Shown here: piece after piece, positions 1 through 13,587 of the stretch
Numbering within the stretch: the stretch's first letter is position 1
How the letters are laid out: each line of letters begins with the position of its first letter
Assembly (NCBI GenBank): GCA_951406725.2
Contig: OX597818.1
Location: 9,486,001-9,550,000 of the forward strand
Direction of reading: 5' to 3'
DNA: 64,000 nt
Source of the DNA: Octopus vulgaris
Lineage: Eukaryota
The notes under the pieces: generated by a model
Told to the model about the DNA's origin: nothing
Database searches by the model: none
Seen by the model: the letters and a program-made list of their open reading frames with translations, nothing else
Translations under genes and position numbers: made by a program

Positions 1-210
1 CTCAAGTGAATATTTTTATTTATTACCAGATATAGATTAATTTCTTTCTTACACCACGGTAAGTTTGTGTGAGTGTTCATGTCTAACATATGACATATAT
101 ACATCCATCCATCCATCCATCCATACATCCATCCGTTCATACATACATACATACATACATACATACATACATACAGATATAAATATAGTAATAGATATAT
201 TGATAATATA

Positions 211-1438
211 TCAGGTCATCCCATAAGTTCTGTCCAAATTTTGAATAAAGAAAACAAGTCATCAAATGCTATAATTAATTGAAATTTAATCATGAATATA
301 CTTTCCCTGATTATCTACGACTTCCTTCCATCTATTTACAAGCTTTTTAATCCCATCTATGTAAAACTCTTTTGGTTTCAAAGCGAATAACTCTGAAATG
401 TTAGTTTCGACCTCCTCCTGGTTTGCGAAAGATATGTCCCCCAAATGATTCTTTAACCTACAAAACAAATGGTAGTCTGAAAGAGCACGGTCGGGAGAAT
501 AAGGTGGATGAGGAAATTTTTCCCAACCAAGCTCTTCGATCTTCTGTGATGAGATCTTTGCAGTGCGGGGTCTTGCATTGTCCTGATAAAACATCACTCG
601 TTTTCGATTCACGAGAGCGGGTATTTTTTTTTTCTTCAAAGCTTGGTTTAAACGTTCTAATTGCTCAGTAGACATGAGCATTGATTGTTACATTAGGTGG
701 TGACAATTCAAAGTGAATTATTCCTTTGCAATCCCACCAGATAGAGAGAAGACCGTTTTTTTCATGAAGTTCCCTTATCGGTTGTGGTTGAGCTTTTCTC
801 TTTTACCAAGTCACTGTTTACGACGGTTAACATTTCGATAGACGATCCACTTTCCGCCACCAAAAAGAGTGAAATAAGTACGCGAGAATGGAGAGAAGAG
901 CAGCTGCCAACTCGAGATTTGGCGTTGCTTTCAGACAATGCATGAGGCACACATTTTCCAAGTTGAGGAACCTTTCCAAGTTGTCGAAGATGATGAACAG
1001 TTGTATGATTTGAACTAAGATTTATTGCCAATTCTTCAACTGATAATGCAAACTCAACTGACGTCCTGTTCGATCTTCATCTTCAAAGCTGAAATCTCTA
1101 CTTCTGAATTTTGCAAACCATCTTCAGTAATATCTTTCATTCAAGCAATCTTTCCCATAGACTGAGTATATGTTCCGAGTCGCTTTGGCTGCAGATTTTC
1201 CTTTTTTTGTATTCATAAAACATTATGTGCCTTAAATACTCTTTAGATACTTCCATGTTAGATAGTGTTTTAATCAAAGAATTATAATTCTATTATTCTG
1301 TAAAGTAATATTTAATTAGTTTAAATGTACACTAATGCATAAAAATAATCTTTAATTCCATTAGACATTCTAAAATAATATTAAATTTCATTAAATTTTA
1401 AAAAAGGTAAAGTCGGACAGAACTTATGTGATGACTTG

Positions 1439-1439
<1 letters not shown>
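211..1439 (-). mobile_element. Full-length degenerate mariner (Tc1/mariner, DD34D) DNA transposon
   Basis: Left TIR TCAGGTCATCCCATAAGTTCTGTCC (211-235) matches the right TIR GGACAGAACTTATGTGATGACTTGA (1415-1439) in inverted orientation. Both ends are flanked by TA. The element is ~1.23 kb and encloses transposase remnants. Confidence 0.95.
286..1256 (-). pseudogene. Mariner transposase pseudogene (frameshifted)
   Basis: ATG at 1256 (MEVSKEYLRHIM...). Fragment 762-1031 has LGKCVPHAL (WVPHEL motif). Fragment 286-681 has QDNARP...HPPYSPDRALSDYHLF with 34 residues between the second and third catalytic Asp. Confidence 0.93.
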
Positions 1440-1473
<34 letters not shown>

Positions 1474-1586
1474 CGAACATACCTATTTAGGTATTATATA
1501 TATTTACATGTATGTGAGTCGTTTATCGCACTGAAGTTTTCGTATGTTTAAGTATGTATCCCTACCTTGGAATTTCCTTTTTCTAT

Positions 1587-1621
1587 GTTTCTGACGAAGA
1601 GCTTCGCTCGAAACGTTAAAT
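1587..1621 (+). ncRNA. Minimal type-I hammerhead ribozyme motif (Penelope-like)
   Basis: gTTT-CTGACGA-a-GAGC-ttc-GCTC-GAAA-CG-TT-AAAt. The CUGANGA and GAAA cores are intact, helix II is 4 bp, helix III is palindromic and loopless (AACGTT), and helix I is TTT/AAA. It lies in a T-rich interspersed-repeat-like tail (1560-1720). Confidence 0.75.
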
Positions 1622-1717
1622 TCTCCTTCTTTCTTTTTCCTTTCCTCAGCGTCCAATAACACTATACTTGTTCCACGTCCACGCGTTGTTTTGTTTTCTC
1701 TTTGTTCATGTTTGGAT

Positions 1718-1876
<159 letters not shown>

Positions 1877-2114
1877 ACATAGTTGACATTTACAGAAAAA
1901 GAAAAGACGAAGTCAGGTGTATAAACAAGACACAGATGTATTAGTTTAACGCACGGGAAGATGAGAAGATCTAATATATATGTATATATACATACACACA
2001 CACACACACACACTCACACACATATCTTGACTTCTATTTTTCTTGTTTGCGTTACCATAGCTGTATGTATAAGTATAAATATAAATATGTATATTTTATA
2101 TTTTCATTTTTACT

Positions 2115-2319
2115 CATTTACTTTTTTCAGATATTTGACTGCAACAATGCTGGAGCACCACCTTCTGTCGATGAAATCGATCCCAGGACTCATTCTTTGT
2201 AAGCTACTACTTATTCCATCGGTGTCTTTGCCGAACCGCAAAATTTCGAGGACGTATGCACACCATCATCAGTTGTCAAGTGATGGTGGGATTACAAACT
2301 CAGACACAGACACACATGA

Positions 2320-2389
<70 letters not shown>

Positions 2390-3035
2390 GGCAGTTTGTC
2401 TGTCTGTGTGTCTGTCAGGTTGTACCTTCACCCTGACCACGGCTTTCAACCGATTCTGATGAAACTTGACACACACATAGCCCAATGTCATAATTCAAAA
2501 CTAACGCAGCGAAAAGTTTGAAAAGTTCCCCCATTTCTGAAAAAAATCGATAAATTCGACATGGGGTCGAGAATCTAAGCTTTTCATTTGCAACACATTT
2601 TCTGTTCAAGTTTTCGCAACTTGCAATCGATTTTCACCAAATTCATGGTGAAGCTTAATGTTACCCTAAGAAACTTAATTCTGACGTTAGTTTTCCATGC
2701 AATACCTTACCATCAGAAACAATTGATAAAATCATGCCATTTTGGAAAATCGCGTTCAAATTCAAGATGACATATTTTCGACAATATCTTTCACAAATTG
2801 GCAGGAATTTTTTAAAAATTCACAGCGAGTATCATGTCTGCTCCAGGGGCTCTTACCTACCCGGGCAATACCGGGCTATGCTGCTAGTATATATATAAAC
2901 GTATGTATGTATATATAAACGTATGTATGTGTATATATATATACATATATACAGGATGGGCTTCTTTCACTTTTTGTCTGGCATTCCACTCACGAGGCAT
3001 TGCTCGACTCGATATCATAGTAGAAGACGCCCAAT
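2115..3035 (-). mobile_element. tRNA-derived SINE (family 1), degenerate, interrupted by a Helitron
   Basis: Segments 2115-2320 and 2950-3035 are colinear with the SINE copy at 40966-41536 (catttgactg...atgctggagcacc...ttgccgaaccgc; gggcttctttca...ccactcac). The two halves are separated by a TA tract and the Helitron. Confidence 0.8.
2378..2887 (+). mobile_element. Non-autonomous Helitron
   Basis: The 5' end (TATATAAACGGCAGTTTGTCTGTCTG) merges into a TA tract, so the start is approximate. It carries an internal ACCGATTCTGATGAAACTT motif. The 3' end is a CCCG-GGCAATAC-CGGG hairpin followed by CTAG|T at 2884-2888. Confidence 0.82.
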
Positions 3036-3098
3036 GTACCCCATAGTCTGTCCTTTCATTAGCCTCTTAACACACAGCCAAACCTACACCAATATACC

Positions 3099-3132
<34 letters not shown>

Positions 3133-3219
3133 CATACATACTTATATACATATATATATACATACATATATATATATATATATGCATATATATATATATA
3201 CATATGTATATATATATAG

Positions 3220-3268
<49 letters not shown>

Positions 3269-4204
3269 TTTATATGTACATATATACATCCACACAGATA
3301 AACAAATATATATGTATACGATTATATATGTTTTTGCTGGAGTGTTCGTGTGTGTATGTACGGATCTATATACGTCTATTTTATGTGTGTCTGTGTTTGT
3401 GTATATGCATAGTGTGTGGTTATGTGTGTGTATGTTTGTGTGTATGTGAATATAAACATGAAGACTGTGACAAAGAAAGATGAGATATAGCTTCACTCTG
3501 GAGATTTTCTTCATAAAAAAGAACTTAAAATGAACAACATAAATTTAAACAATATTCTAAAATAACAGAATATGTAGGCTCAATTCTTGAAGTGAAGAAA
3601 TCTGAAACGTGAACAAATGAAGTGTAAACAACACGAAAACCTGTCATGACATGCACAGAGACGCAAAGCAATAGAAAGGTTTGATGTCTGGGATATGCAA
3701 ATTATGCAATAAACAGTTGATAGTTGAGAAGATCATGGTAATTTTCAATCTATGGTTTCAGGCATCTGATAATTATTCCTTTTTTAATATGCATGTTATA
3801 AAACTATCATTAATTTATGTATTAAAGAAGCAATACATATTATGTGTCTGTAACCACATAATAACACTTTTGCTTGTGACCTTCTTCAATGTCAACCGTT
3901 TATTGCAAATGATTTGAATACGGTTACTTTTGCACATTTTGTCTACAATATATGTTGTGTATGTGTGCCACAGTATTCTCAGAGATATCGCTTAATGGTT
4001 TTTGTATTGTTTACATTTTACAGTTAATTTCAATCGTCTTCGGGTTTCAAATTCTATTGTTTATTTTTTTTCTTTTTGCTACTTGTGTATTCTAACACTA
4101 AAATGTGAATGCTTCAAGCAATTCATCACACACGCGTGCAAACATTCACAAACACTCACAGATACACACATAATTATACATACGTTTTGTTTGTGCGCGT
4201 GTGC

Positions 4205-4279
<75 letters not shown>

Positions 4280-4282
4280 CAC

Positions 4283-4328
<46 letters not shown>

Positions 4329-4450
4329 TTAATAAAATAGATGAAGTGTGTATTATTTTATCTTTGTTTTTAATTCACTGTCGAATTTGATGGACATATA
4401 ACGGTAAGCAAATCGGCACAAGAAATCTCTAGAGCAACATTTTTATGGAT

Positions 4451-4495
4451 GTACCCGAAGAGACCTAGAATGACGAGTCGAAACATGTGTTGTAC
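4451..4495 (+). ncRNA. Hammerhead ribozyme-like motif (core variant CCGAAGA)
   Basis: GTAC-CCGAAGA-GAC(12 nt)GTC-GAAA-C-atgt-G-TT-GTAC. Helix I is GTAC/GTAC and helix II is GAC/GTC. There is one core change (U4 to C). Confidence 0.6.
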
Positions 4496-4644
4496 TTAAC
4501 GAATTTTAATACACATTCCATCTCCTATTTCATTAATATTATCACCCCAACTGCTACTGCGAAGTTCCTGGAGTAAATCCACGGATAACAACAAGTAACC
4601 TAAATTGTGTCAGGGCTTTCCTCATAATCTGTTTATACATTTTG

Positions 4645-4719
<75 letters not shown>

Positions 4720-5137
4720 TGTGTGAGTGTGTGTGTGTATACACATATGTGTATATGTGTATACATATATATATACACATATATTCATATGTTATATATA
4801 TACATATATGTATATCTACATATATGTATCAGTATATGTATACATATATACGTATATTTAAACGTGTGTGTATATATATGTACATACATTCATGTAGATA
4901 AATAGGTAGAAACATAGATATATAGAATTATTCACATTTACATACGTATGTATCTATGTACATAGATCTGTATAAGTGTAAGTATACAAACCCCTGTATG
5001 TGTGCATTTGGGTATATAAGGGTTTCGTCTTAGAATGTGATGCATAAGTATAGCCTGTACATAGAAGTATAATAGACACATGCGTGAAATTCAGTAATTA
5101 ATGTTCGATTTCGAGCTAAGTATGAACTTGAAAGGAG

Positions 5138-5730
5138 ACTTACATTATCAATGAGATGTAGAACTAAGTCAGATGAATGAAAATGAATGATGTCTGATTT
5201 ATTATAAACACTGGGTTGGGGTGAGAGGAGACTAAGTAAAGAAGTTACTTGTTCTATGGTAAAAGAACAAATCAATCATTTGAGGAAACTGAAGATGGCC
5301 TGATTGAAGAATAAATCTGTTCAATAGAGTCGAAAAAATTGCAATGCGTGTGTATGCTGAGAACAACAGTTTTGAGGTCGACATCGTATACTTCCTGCTG
5401 CGAGTGAGAGAGAGAGGAAATCAGAATGCCACTGGGTGTCTGGAAATGTTGTTGATATTTACACGTAGCACACCTTGCACACACAAACTACTTAGTTTCA
5501 ACGACGACTAACGGTATGTGACGTGAGCAAACTGGCATGCATACATGTGGGGTTAAACAGAACGCTGCGCAATCTCGTGATGTTATTTTCTATCCCACTG
5601 CGCAGTAATTGGGAATTTTCTATCATAGCCACTGGTTGGCAATTACCTTCTGCGTGGAATTTCGTATGGTAGAGGCTTGAGTCTACATAGGAAAACTGAC
5701 AGATAAACTTAAACGCGCGCATGCGTTTCT
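5138..5730 (-). promoter_or_regulatory. Candidate promoter and non-coding first exon of a minus-strand host gene
   Basis: Repeat-free, CpG-enriched island. It holds GCGCATGCG (5717-5725), GGGAATTTTC (5611-5620), palindrome ACTGCGCAGT (5597-5606), TGACGTG (5519-5525) and ETS-like ACTTCCTG (5390-5397). An Inr-like TTAGTC lies on the minus strand (5511-5506), with a minus-strand donor GTAAGT at 5143-5138. Evidence is motif-based only. Confidence 0.35.
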
Positions 5731-6324
5731 GTATGAGGTGTGCGTAGGCGTATGTAAATGCGTGATGTGTGCGTGTATGTGAGCATTTGTACGTGTGTGA
5801 GAATTAAGCATTTTGCTTTGAAGGCACATAACTTTGGGTTCAGTTCCACTGAGCAATATGTTAACAAATATCGTGTGTAATTCGGGACACTGAACATGTG
5901 AGTGTAATTTGGTAGACGGAAACCGTTTGAAAACACATCGCGTAATCATATGTGTGCCTGTGCGCATACATGTTTTTATGAGTTTGTGTAGGTGTATCAA
6001 TATGCATGTGTTTGTTACCTCCTAGACAACAGATCTACTATTCTTTATGTAGCTGTGGCTTGAGGGATTCATACAAATATACCGACAGTATGGGAACCAG
6101 ACTTAAAATAAGTACTTGGGATGATTTGATCAACTATATATTTGAAGACGATGCTCCAGTATGAACAAAGTCAAATTCAAATGGCTGAAATAAGTAGAGA
6201 CTACCGTTTGCGTGTGTGTGTATATATTTGTGCATATGGGTGGGGGGCACACCCGAGCTTGAGTATGTATTTACATTATATCATATATTATATATCTTCA
6301 TGATTGTACACCACCCTTAAGAAT

Positions 6325-6490
6325 TTTAATCGAACCGATCCCAGTACTAATGTTTCTTATTTTATCAGCCTGGTATGTATACTATCGATCACTTTGCTCG
6401 AACCGCTAAGTTATGAGGAGTTAAATACCACAACACACGTTGTCACGTCGTGGTGCAGTACAAACACAGAGACAAAGGCACATACAGATA
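6325..6490 (-). mobile_element. SINE family 1 internal fragment
   Basis: tcgatcactttgctcgaaccgctaagttatgaggagttaaatacc...caaacacagagac matches the body of the 40966-41536 SINE. Confidence 0.65.
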
Positions 6491-7153
6491 TGTGTGTATA
6501 TATATATGTGTGTGTGTGTGTGCGTGTGTGTGAGTGTGAAAATGGAACCAAGACACAATAGAAGACATTAAAACATCCGAACAGATAGACGATACAAAAA
6601 CGGTAAAGAGAAACAACAATTAAAGGAGACAGGCAAAAAAGACGGCTCATTCGTGGCTTTCTTTCCTCAGTCAAATTCCAGAAGTCATGACCATTTCGGG
6701 CAATTACACATGAGAAAGTTCGATCTGGTTGCCCCCAAACAACTCTAAGCTAAGTGCATTAGACCCTTTTGTAAGAAACCCAAAAAATTACGCATACAAA
6801 CAACAAGAAATAACAACAGGTGTCTTTCGACTGAGAACGAATGGCGCGTATGAAGTGAAAGCCTAAAGGCAAGAACATAAAAGATGGACATAAGAGGTGT
6901 TGGCGGTCAGCAGTCAGGCCAAGAAAGAAAGATCATGGCTGGTCGGACACCGGTCACGTGGAAGGAGGAGAGATGTGTAGGGGACAAAGTGATTGTAGAA
7001 AAAAATCAGAGACAAAGAGAAAGGTACAGGGGAGATAAGCGAGTGGGAAATAGTGGGAATTAAAGAAAGAGAGGGCCAAGAAATGTGAGAGAGGGGGGTG
7101 AGAAAAATGAGGAAAATGAGAGTGGGAATAGAAGATAGAGATAAGAGTCATAC

Positions 7154-7155
<2 letters not shown>

Positions 7156-7207
<52 letters not shown>

Positions 7208-7214
7208 TATATAT

Positions 7215-7306
<92 letters not shown>

Positions 7307-7335
7307 TTAGATATATATATATATAGATAGATAGA
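7156..7335. repeat. (GATA)n microsatellite with (TA)n interruptions
   Basis: Visible directly in the sequence. Confidence 0.97.
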
Positions 7336-8503
7336 TAAATAAAAATCATATATAAGGAAAACAGGCTCTTCTATAAGGATGGAAGCATTCAATTTTTCAC
7401 TGGTCTGGTTTTTTACAGAAAAAATGGGTATATATTCAATATACAAAAATGAAAAGAAAATGGATATTTACGATTGACATATTTTAATGTACTAACATAA
7501 TATTATATTATTATAATATAACATAACATAATATAATACAATATGATATAATATAATATAACATAATATAATATAGGGCAAGAATTTGTATGGACTCTTC
7601 TCGCTGATTGTTCTTTTCCGTCTTTCTTTCGGGAAAATCTTTGCGTTTCATCAATAGTTAGATGTACCAGTAGCAGTAGAATATGAGGTTGTCGTCTCAG
7701 AAATATGTAAAGGAGCTCCCATATTGGATTTCAACTCGGAAATCGGGTAAAAATGTTGCCTTACTCTTAACAAGATCACGGCCTAGTCTTGTGAGTTTGC
7801 TTGTATCACCCTGCTTGGCCTCTTAGAAGCTGCCTTTGTTAAGTACATTAGGTAGGCAGAGAGTGTATTTAATCTGATATTCGTTCTAACAATGCCAGCT
7901 GACCCTTCTGAACTATTAGCTGATTCCAGTAGTTGGAAGCATTAATCTGTAATTAATTTACTGATTAACACATTCTGTAAACATTTCATACATTTCAACA
8001 TATTATTCCACACTGCTCTTAAAAAACAGCGGTGTCGTATGTTAACTCTGTTACACAGACCTGGATCTATGGCGTTCATTGTCGTTTTCCTTCCATCTTT
8101 CTCACTATCCTTGTTTTTAGGCAGAAATTTTGGATTATAAAATGCTTTGTGATAATAGTAAAGTCATTGGTCATATGCATGTTTACTCTATATATTTCAG
8201 TTTTAAGGATCCCAAAAGAATGAAGCCATATCGACGGGAATCAAGCCTAATTGCTAAGAGTCAATGGAATACTCAACAATTCGTTGTGTCATTCTTGTTG
8301 AAAAGTTGCCTGACGAGCATGGAAGTTGCACGGTTCGTTGCATAGCCTGACTAATTGTATTATACTTAAATCAAATTAAGAACTAACAAAAAAACTGTAG
8401 CAATACCCAGCACTCTATTTCTTTCTTTCATTTTACACACACTCACGCACAAACACACACACTCACACTCACACTCACTCACACACATATACATATATAT
8501 ATA

Positions 8504-8556
8504 CTAGCAGAGGCACCCGACGTTGCCCAGGAATGAAATTGTTCTTTACTTATTGG

Positions 8557-8644
<88 letters not shown>

Positions 8645-10025
8645 GGCGGTGCCCCAGCATGGCCACAGCTCATAAGCTGAAACTAGAATCAATCAATCAA
8701 TAAACGAAAATACAAAATTTACCACTTTTATGAAAGGAGATAAATTCTACTATATATGTTGATCGAAATTATGTAAGAGCTTCTGGGTAAACAACATTTT
8801 TTGTTTATGGTTTGGAGCATAGACAAATAAGTCTTGCAAACTACCTAGCCTAGAGCAACCAACAAAATTGACCATGAGAAAATCAAGCCAGTAGATGTCA
8901 AAGACTGACATTGAGCTGTATTAATAGACATTGAAAAGGAAAGTCGCACCGGGAATTGTGTTCGCTTGAATTCAAAGGGCATGTCTGTTGGTTTGATTGG
9001 AATTCTTGGAACGAAAACCTCTTCCCCAGAGGCACATCCAGTGATGATGGTAACTTCTGTCACATTACGTGATAATGTCTAAATTTCTTAGAAGCATTAT
9101 TGGGACTCCTACCTGTAGAAAATGTTTATGAGGAGGAATTCCAGATGGCTCAAGAGAATTGAGGAACTCTGTGGTGTAATGAACAATGAACAGCTTGATT
9201 TTCATCAAGGATTGAATCAACTGATTTGTACTCCTTAATGACTGTTGGAATATTATTCATTAATTCATGGTTAACTCTTGCTACTGTCTCATTTTTTTGA
9301 ATTAAGAATACCCTTTCACACAACCATTTATGTGAATTATAATTATTACTGAAGTCTGGCAATACTCTGGAATTCAGCTGGGGAATTCACCTATACAGCA
9401 ATATGAGGCAAACTGATATCACCATTCCTATCAAGTAGTACTTTCCCATTTCCGAATTGGAGGAGGCATGTTGAAAACTGTTTTGCACATTGGTTCCCAT
9501 GTATTGAAGTTGGCACGTTAGTATTGAAGGATAATTTCAGTACTTTAATCCATAGGTGTGAAGACTTAATGCATACTTTCATTTCATCAGATCTTGTTCG
9601 TCTCAGAATGACTGGTAATGTCTGTCTGAAGCCTCGTGATAAAACTGATGTAATTTCTCCCATAAATTTAATGTTGCCCCTGATTTTCTTTAAGGTGTTA
9701 CCAAGAGCAACGATATGGTACATTCATCCCAAATGATAAGGTGGCAGTGGCACAACACTTCTGCTTAACCTGAATCTTTGCTTATGTTACAAATTAGACT
9801 GTCACTTGTGACCAGGTTTAGTTGTAATTTAAAGGCAGTATGAGCTGTTTGTCCTCCAGTGAGATTAATGGTAGCAAAGCCAGACATTGATACAGCAACT
9901 GCAATATATTTTTTTTGCCTTACTTTGGAGATAAGTAATGTTACAAATGTCTTACATGTGTTACTAAGATCAATCAAGACAGAAAATAACTCTGCTTTTT
10001 TCTGACGATTGTGGAACGCTGACCG

Positions 10026-10059
<34 letters not shown>

Positions 10060-11798
10060 CAGATACATATACATACAATATCAAACCACATATGAAATGG
10101 AGGTGTGTGTGTGAGACAGAGTGAGAAAGAGTAAGTGAGAGAGAGTGAGTAAAGGGGTGTGTCGTCATATATACACATAAATAATAGACGTATATTTTCT
10201 TGTATGTATGTGTGCACATACATACAGAAAGGATGTATGTATATGTATTTATGTATATACGAATACATGACAACACACCCCTTCACTCACACACACACAG
10301 ACACACACCATACATAAATGTATAAAAATATCCATACAAAAACGTGTACGTATGTGACTTATAAATACATAGCTGAACACGACGTGAAAAAGAAAATAAA
10401 TAAAAACATTTTATGTAAATTAACTAAGTGTGAGAGTTCCAGGAAAATAATGCCTATATTTTTTGCACGCCACATGTTTAATTGCAAAATTTTAACGCGA
10501 TATTTGTGTAATAAAGAAATCAAACCTGGTATGTGTGTCTGAGAGAGAGAGAGAGAGACAGAATATTGCAAACAATGAATGAGATGGACATGGAATGAAA
10601 AGATCATATAAATAAAAGCATGTACGGAATATCTAAATTTGTGAACTTAGTAAATATTTATTTCAGTAATTTATCGTAGTTGTTTAGAAATAGCGAATTA
10701 AAACTTGAAATGAAAGCATGAAAATTTATACAGGGATAGACTTCGCCGTTTTTATGCCAATACCGGAAGTTAACATTGAGAGACCTTTTTAAAGAAGTGA
10801 ATCTAATGTAGAGAATTTTATTAAAGAATATCCATTTTCTTGAAATTTAAGACGAATTATAGTAGACTCGGGTGAATTTTCAGTAAATTCCCACCCCCTA
10901 CATATTCGAAATTTGCACGATATAACGTATATTTTTGGAAACTTTTATTAAAAGATATTTATTATTCTGAAAGTTATGATCATGGAAATTGTGTTGGGGG
11001 CAGAAATCTGTAGTTATGCCGACAAATTTGACACTTTCCTTCTACGAATGGTTATATATGTATACAGAAATACACGGGTGCATAAGATAGTAAACAATGA
11101 GAATAACTTGGTAACGGAAATTATGTTTCTTAATACGACGGGCAGAAAGTAAATAAGAAATTTTAACGGAAAATAAAGTATTGTATGGTTTGAAGCGATA
11201 TTTGTCACTCAATGAACCAAAGAGCCAGTATCGAAGATACCAGAAAGAAAACGGCAACAAAAGAAAAGCACAAGACCGTATGGATTGAAGTGAATCATGA
11301 AATTACTTACATCAGTAATTTCGAATTTCTTTCTGTCAGTAATTTGTCGTTGTTTCTTTGTAAAAAGCGATTCAAAACTTAGACTTACAGTGAAAACAAT
11401 AACATGGAAGAGAAACAATGGAGTATGAAAATAAAAAGTGAAAAGAGTAGGGCCTGAAAAATGAAAGTGAAAACAAGAGATATAGATAGAGAGATATGAT
11501 GCAGAAAGATAGAGATAGAGAGAAATAGATGGATAGAGAGATATACATAACGAGACATGTTACGTCACTGACGCTAGAAAACCGGAAGTAAATATATTAA
11601 AATCTTTGAAAGACATGAATGTAATACAAAAAGCACTGTTTTTTTATTTTTTTTAAATTTTAAAAGAAAAAATCAAATGAAGACCTTATTATGTGTCCGA
11701 GGTCAAGTTCTTTATGCACCACACATATGGAAGTAATTGGTGAAGCCGTTTACGCATGAAAAATAAATTACGCACACATTTCTATTTTATATATTAGA
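8504..11798 (-). mobile_element. Internally deleted Helitron carrying a PIF1-helicase remnant
   Basis: Minus-strand 5' end A|TCTAATATATAAAATAGAAATG at 11798. The 3' end is an imperfect hairpin followed by CTAG|T at 8504. It is interrupted by (TAA)n, a SINE 3' fragment (8559-8700) and CA/TA repeats. That the two ends belong to one element is inferred. Confidence 0.7.
8765..10010 (-). pseudogene. Helitron PIF1-family helicase pseudogene
   Basis: Successive fragments read CKTF...AVAVSMSGFATINLTGGQTAHTAFKL (degenerate Walker A and motif Ia), GFRQTLPVI, WLCERVFLIQKNETV and VFVPRIPIKPTDMPFEFKRTQFPVRLSFSMSINTAQCQSL. There are multiple stops and frameshifts. Confidence 0.93.
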
Positions 11799-11811
11799 TA
11801 TATATGATATA

Positions 11812-11860
<49 letters not shown>

Positions 11861-11876
11861 CATGTATGTATGTATA

Positions 11877-12190
11877 TAGTGGTTAGAGCATTGGGCTTAC
11901 AGTCATGAGGTTGTGAGTTCGATTCCCAGACAGATCTGCATGTTGTGTTTTTGAGCAAGATAGTTTATTTCATGTTTCTCCATTTCACCCAGCTGCAGAA
12001 ATGTGTTGCGACGTCACTGGAGACAAGCAGTATCGAGTTTTACTTTTCGCTCGGATAACATTGGTGGTGTGGAGAGGGGAAGGCTTGGATGCATGGGCGA
12101 CTGCTGGTCTTCCATAAACAACCTTGTACGTCGGAGGGGAACACTCTAGGTGCAATTCCATGGTCCCCCGATATGGGTCTTTACCTTTTA
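11877..12190 (+). mobile_element. tRNA-derived SINE (family 2-like head)
   Basis: A-box remnant TAGTGGTTAG and B-box GAGTTCGATTCCC, followed by ttgagcaaga...tttcat...cacccagctg, similar to the 41571-41813 SINE head. It ends ...ttacctttta. Confidence 0.75.
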
Positions 12191-12237
12191 ACCTATATAT
12201 ATACACACACACAGATATATACACCTATATATATATG

Positions 12238-12408
12238 GGTGGTGGCATGGCTGTAGTAAGAGGTTTACTCTCGACGATATGGCTCCCGGTTCAGACCCTG
12301 CGTACAGTATCCCTGAGAAAGTGCTTTCTAATATAGTCTTGGGCTGACCAAAATCTTGTGAGTTGATGGAAACAGAAAGCAGCGCATCGTGTGTGTGCCT
12401 GTGTGTGA

Positions 12409-12443
<35 letters not shown>

Positions 12444-12680
12444 TGTGTGAGTGTTTGTATGCATGTGTGTGTGCGTGTGTGTATGTGGATATGAGTTTGT
12501 CCTTCACCATTGCTTGTCAACCAACATTGGTTTGTTTACGGTCATATAACTTAGCTTTTCCGAAAAAGCGACCGATGGAATAAGTACGAGGCTTGAAAAA
12601 TAAGTACTGTTGTCTATTTGTTCCAATTAATCCTTTTAGTCGATGCCTCTGTAGTGCTGTAGTTTAATGAGTGAAAGAAA
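12238..12680 (+). mobile_element. tRNA-derived SINE (family 1), degenerate, with internal (TG)n
   Basis: Head TGGCTGTAGTAAG...GGTTCAGACCC. The body ggaaacagaaag...cataacttagc...ggaataagtac is colinear with the reverse complement of 40966-41536. Confidence 0.75.
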
Positions 12681-13371
12681 TAAGCTACAAATTATAAAAG
12701 AAGTCTTCGAGCAGAAATATAAACATCACTCATTTCATTTAGATGTAGTGTACGTAATTAAGAACAGGTTAACTCAGTTAACTATTTCTAGAATTGGTGG
12801 AGATACTCATTTGAGCTGAGCATATATATGTAGATACCTATCTGCACTATGCAACTTTAAGTAATAAGACACGAGTCATCCCGCTTTTACTACGCGCACA
12901 CAAGCACATATATACACACGCACACATACTTATATGCAGATAGATAAGCAGAGGGTTAAGTAGACACATACTTAGGTAAATAGATACATGTGTAAATTGG
13001 TTGAGACATCGATCGCTCGATCGATATGAAGACATATATGATTTTGATTTTGATTTTTCCAGTTTCAGCTAATGAGCTGTGGCCATGCTGGGGCACATAT
13101 ATATATATATATATATATATAGTGCGAGTGAGAGAGAGAGAGAGAATATTCGAAAAATTCGAATGATTGAAAGTACAAAGAAAGCTATCGGACAGTTAAC
13201 GAACAGTAAATGATGTGGGGGGGGCGGTTAGTAAAATAAAGATGAAGAAACAAAGAGATTCTAAGAGAGACTGTTATCCATGCGACACAGTTAAGTGCTA
13301 GAATACAATGAAACAAGATTATGAAAGAAGGAGTTATAATGAGTCAAAGAGATATTCTCTTTCTGATATTG

Positions 13372-13587
13372 GTTTCAAATTTGGGTACAAGGCCAGCAAT
13401 TTCGGGGAAAGGTGTAAGTCGATTACAAAGAGCCCTGTACTCAACTGGCACTTGCTGCATCGATTCTCAAAAATGGAGAAAACGCAAAGTCAATGTTGGC
13501 GGAATTTGACCTCAGAACATGAAGACGAACGAAATACTGGTAAGCATTTTCCTCGGAGTGCTAATGATTCTGCCAGTTTTCCGCCTT
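13372..13587 (-). mobile_element. SINE family 3 (GGCGG..CTGGCAGAA head)
   Basis: Colinear with 16007-16217 (ggcggaatttga...gacgaacgaaatac...gcattt...gtgctaatgattctgccag). Confidence 0.75.
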
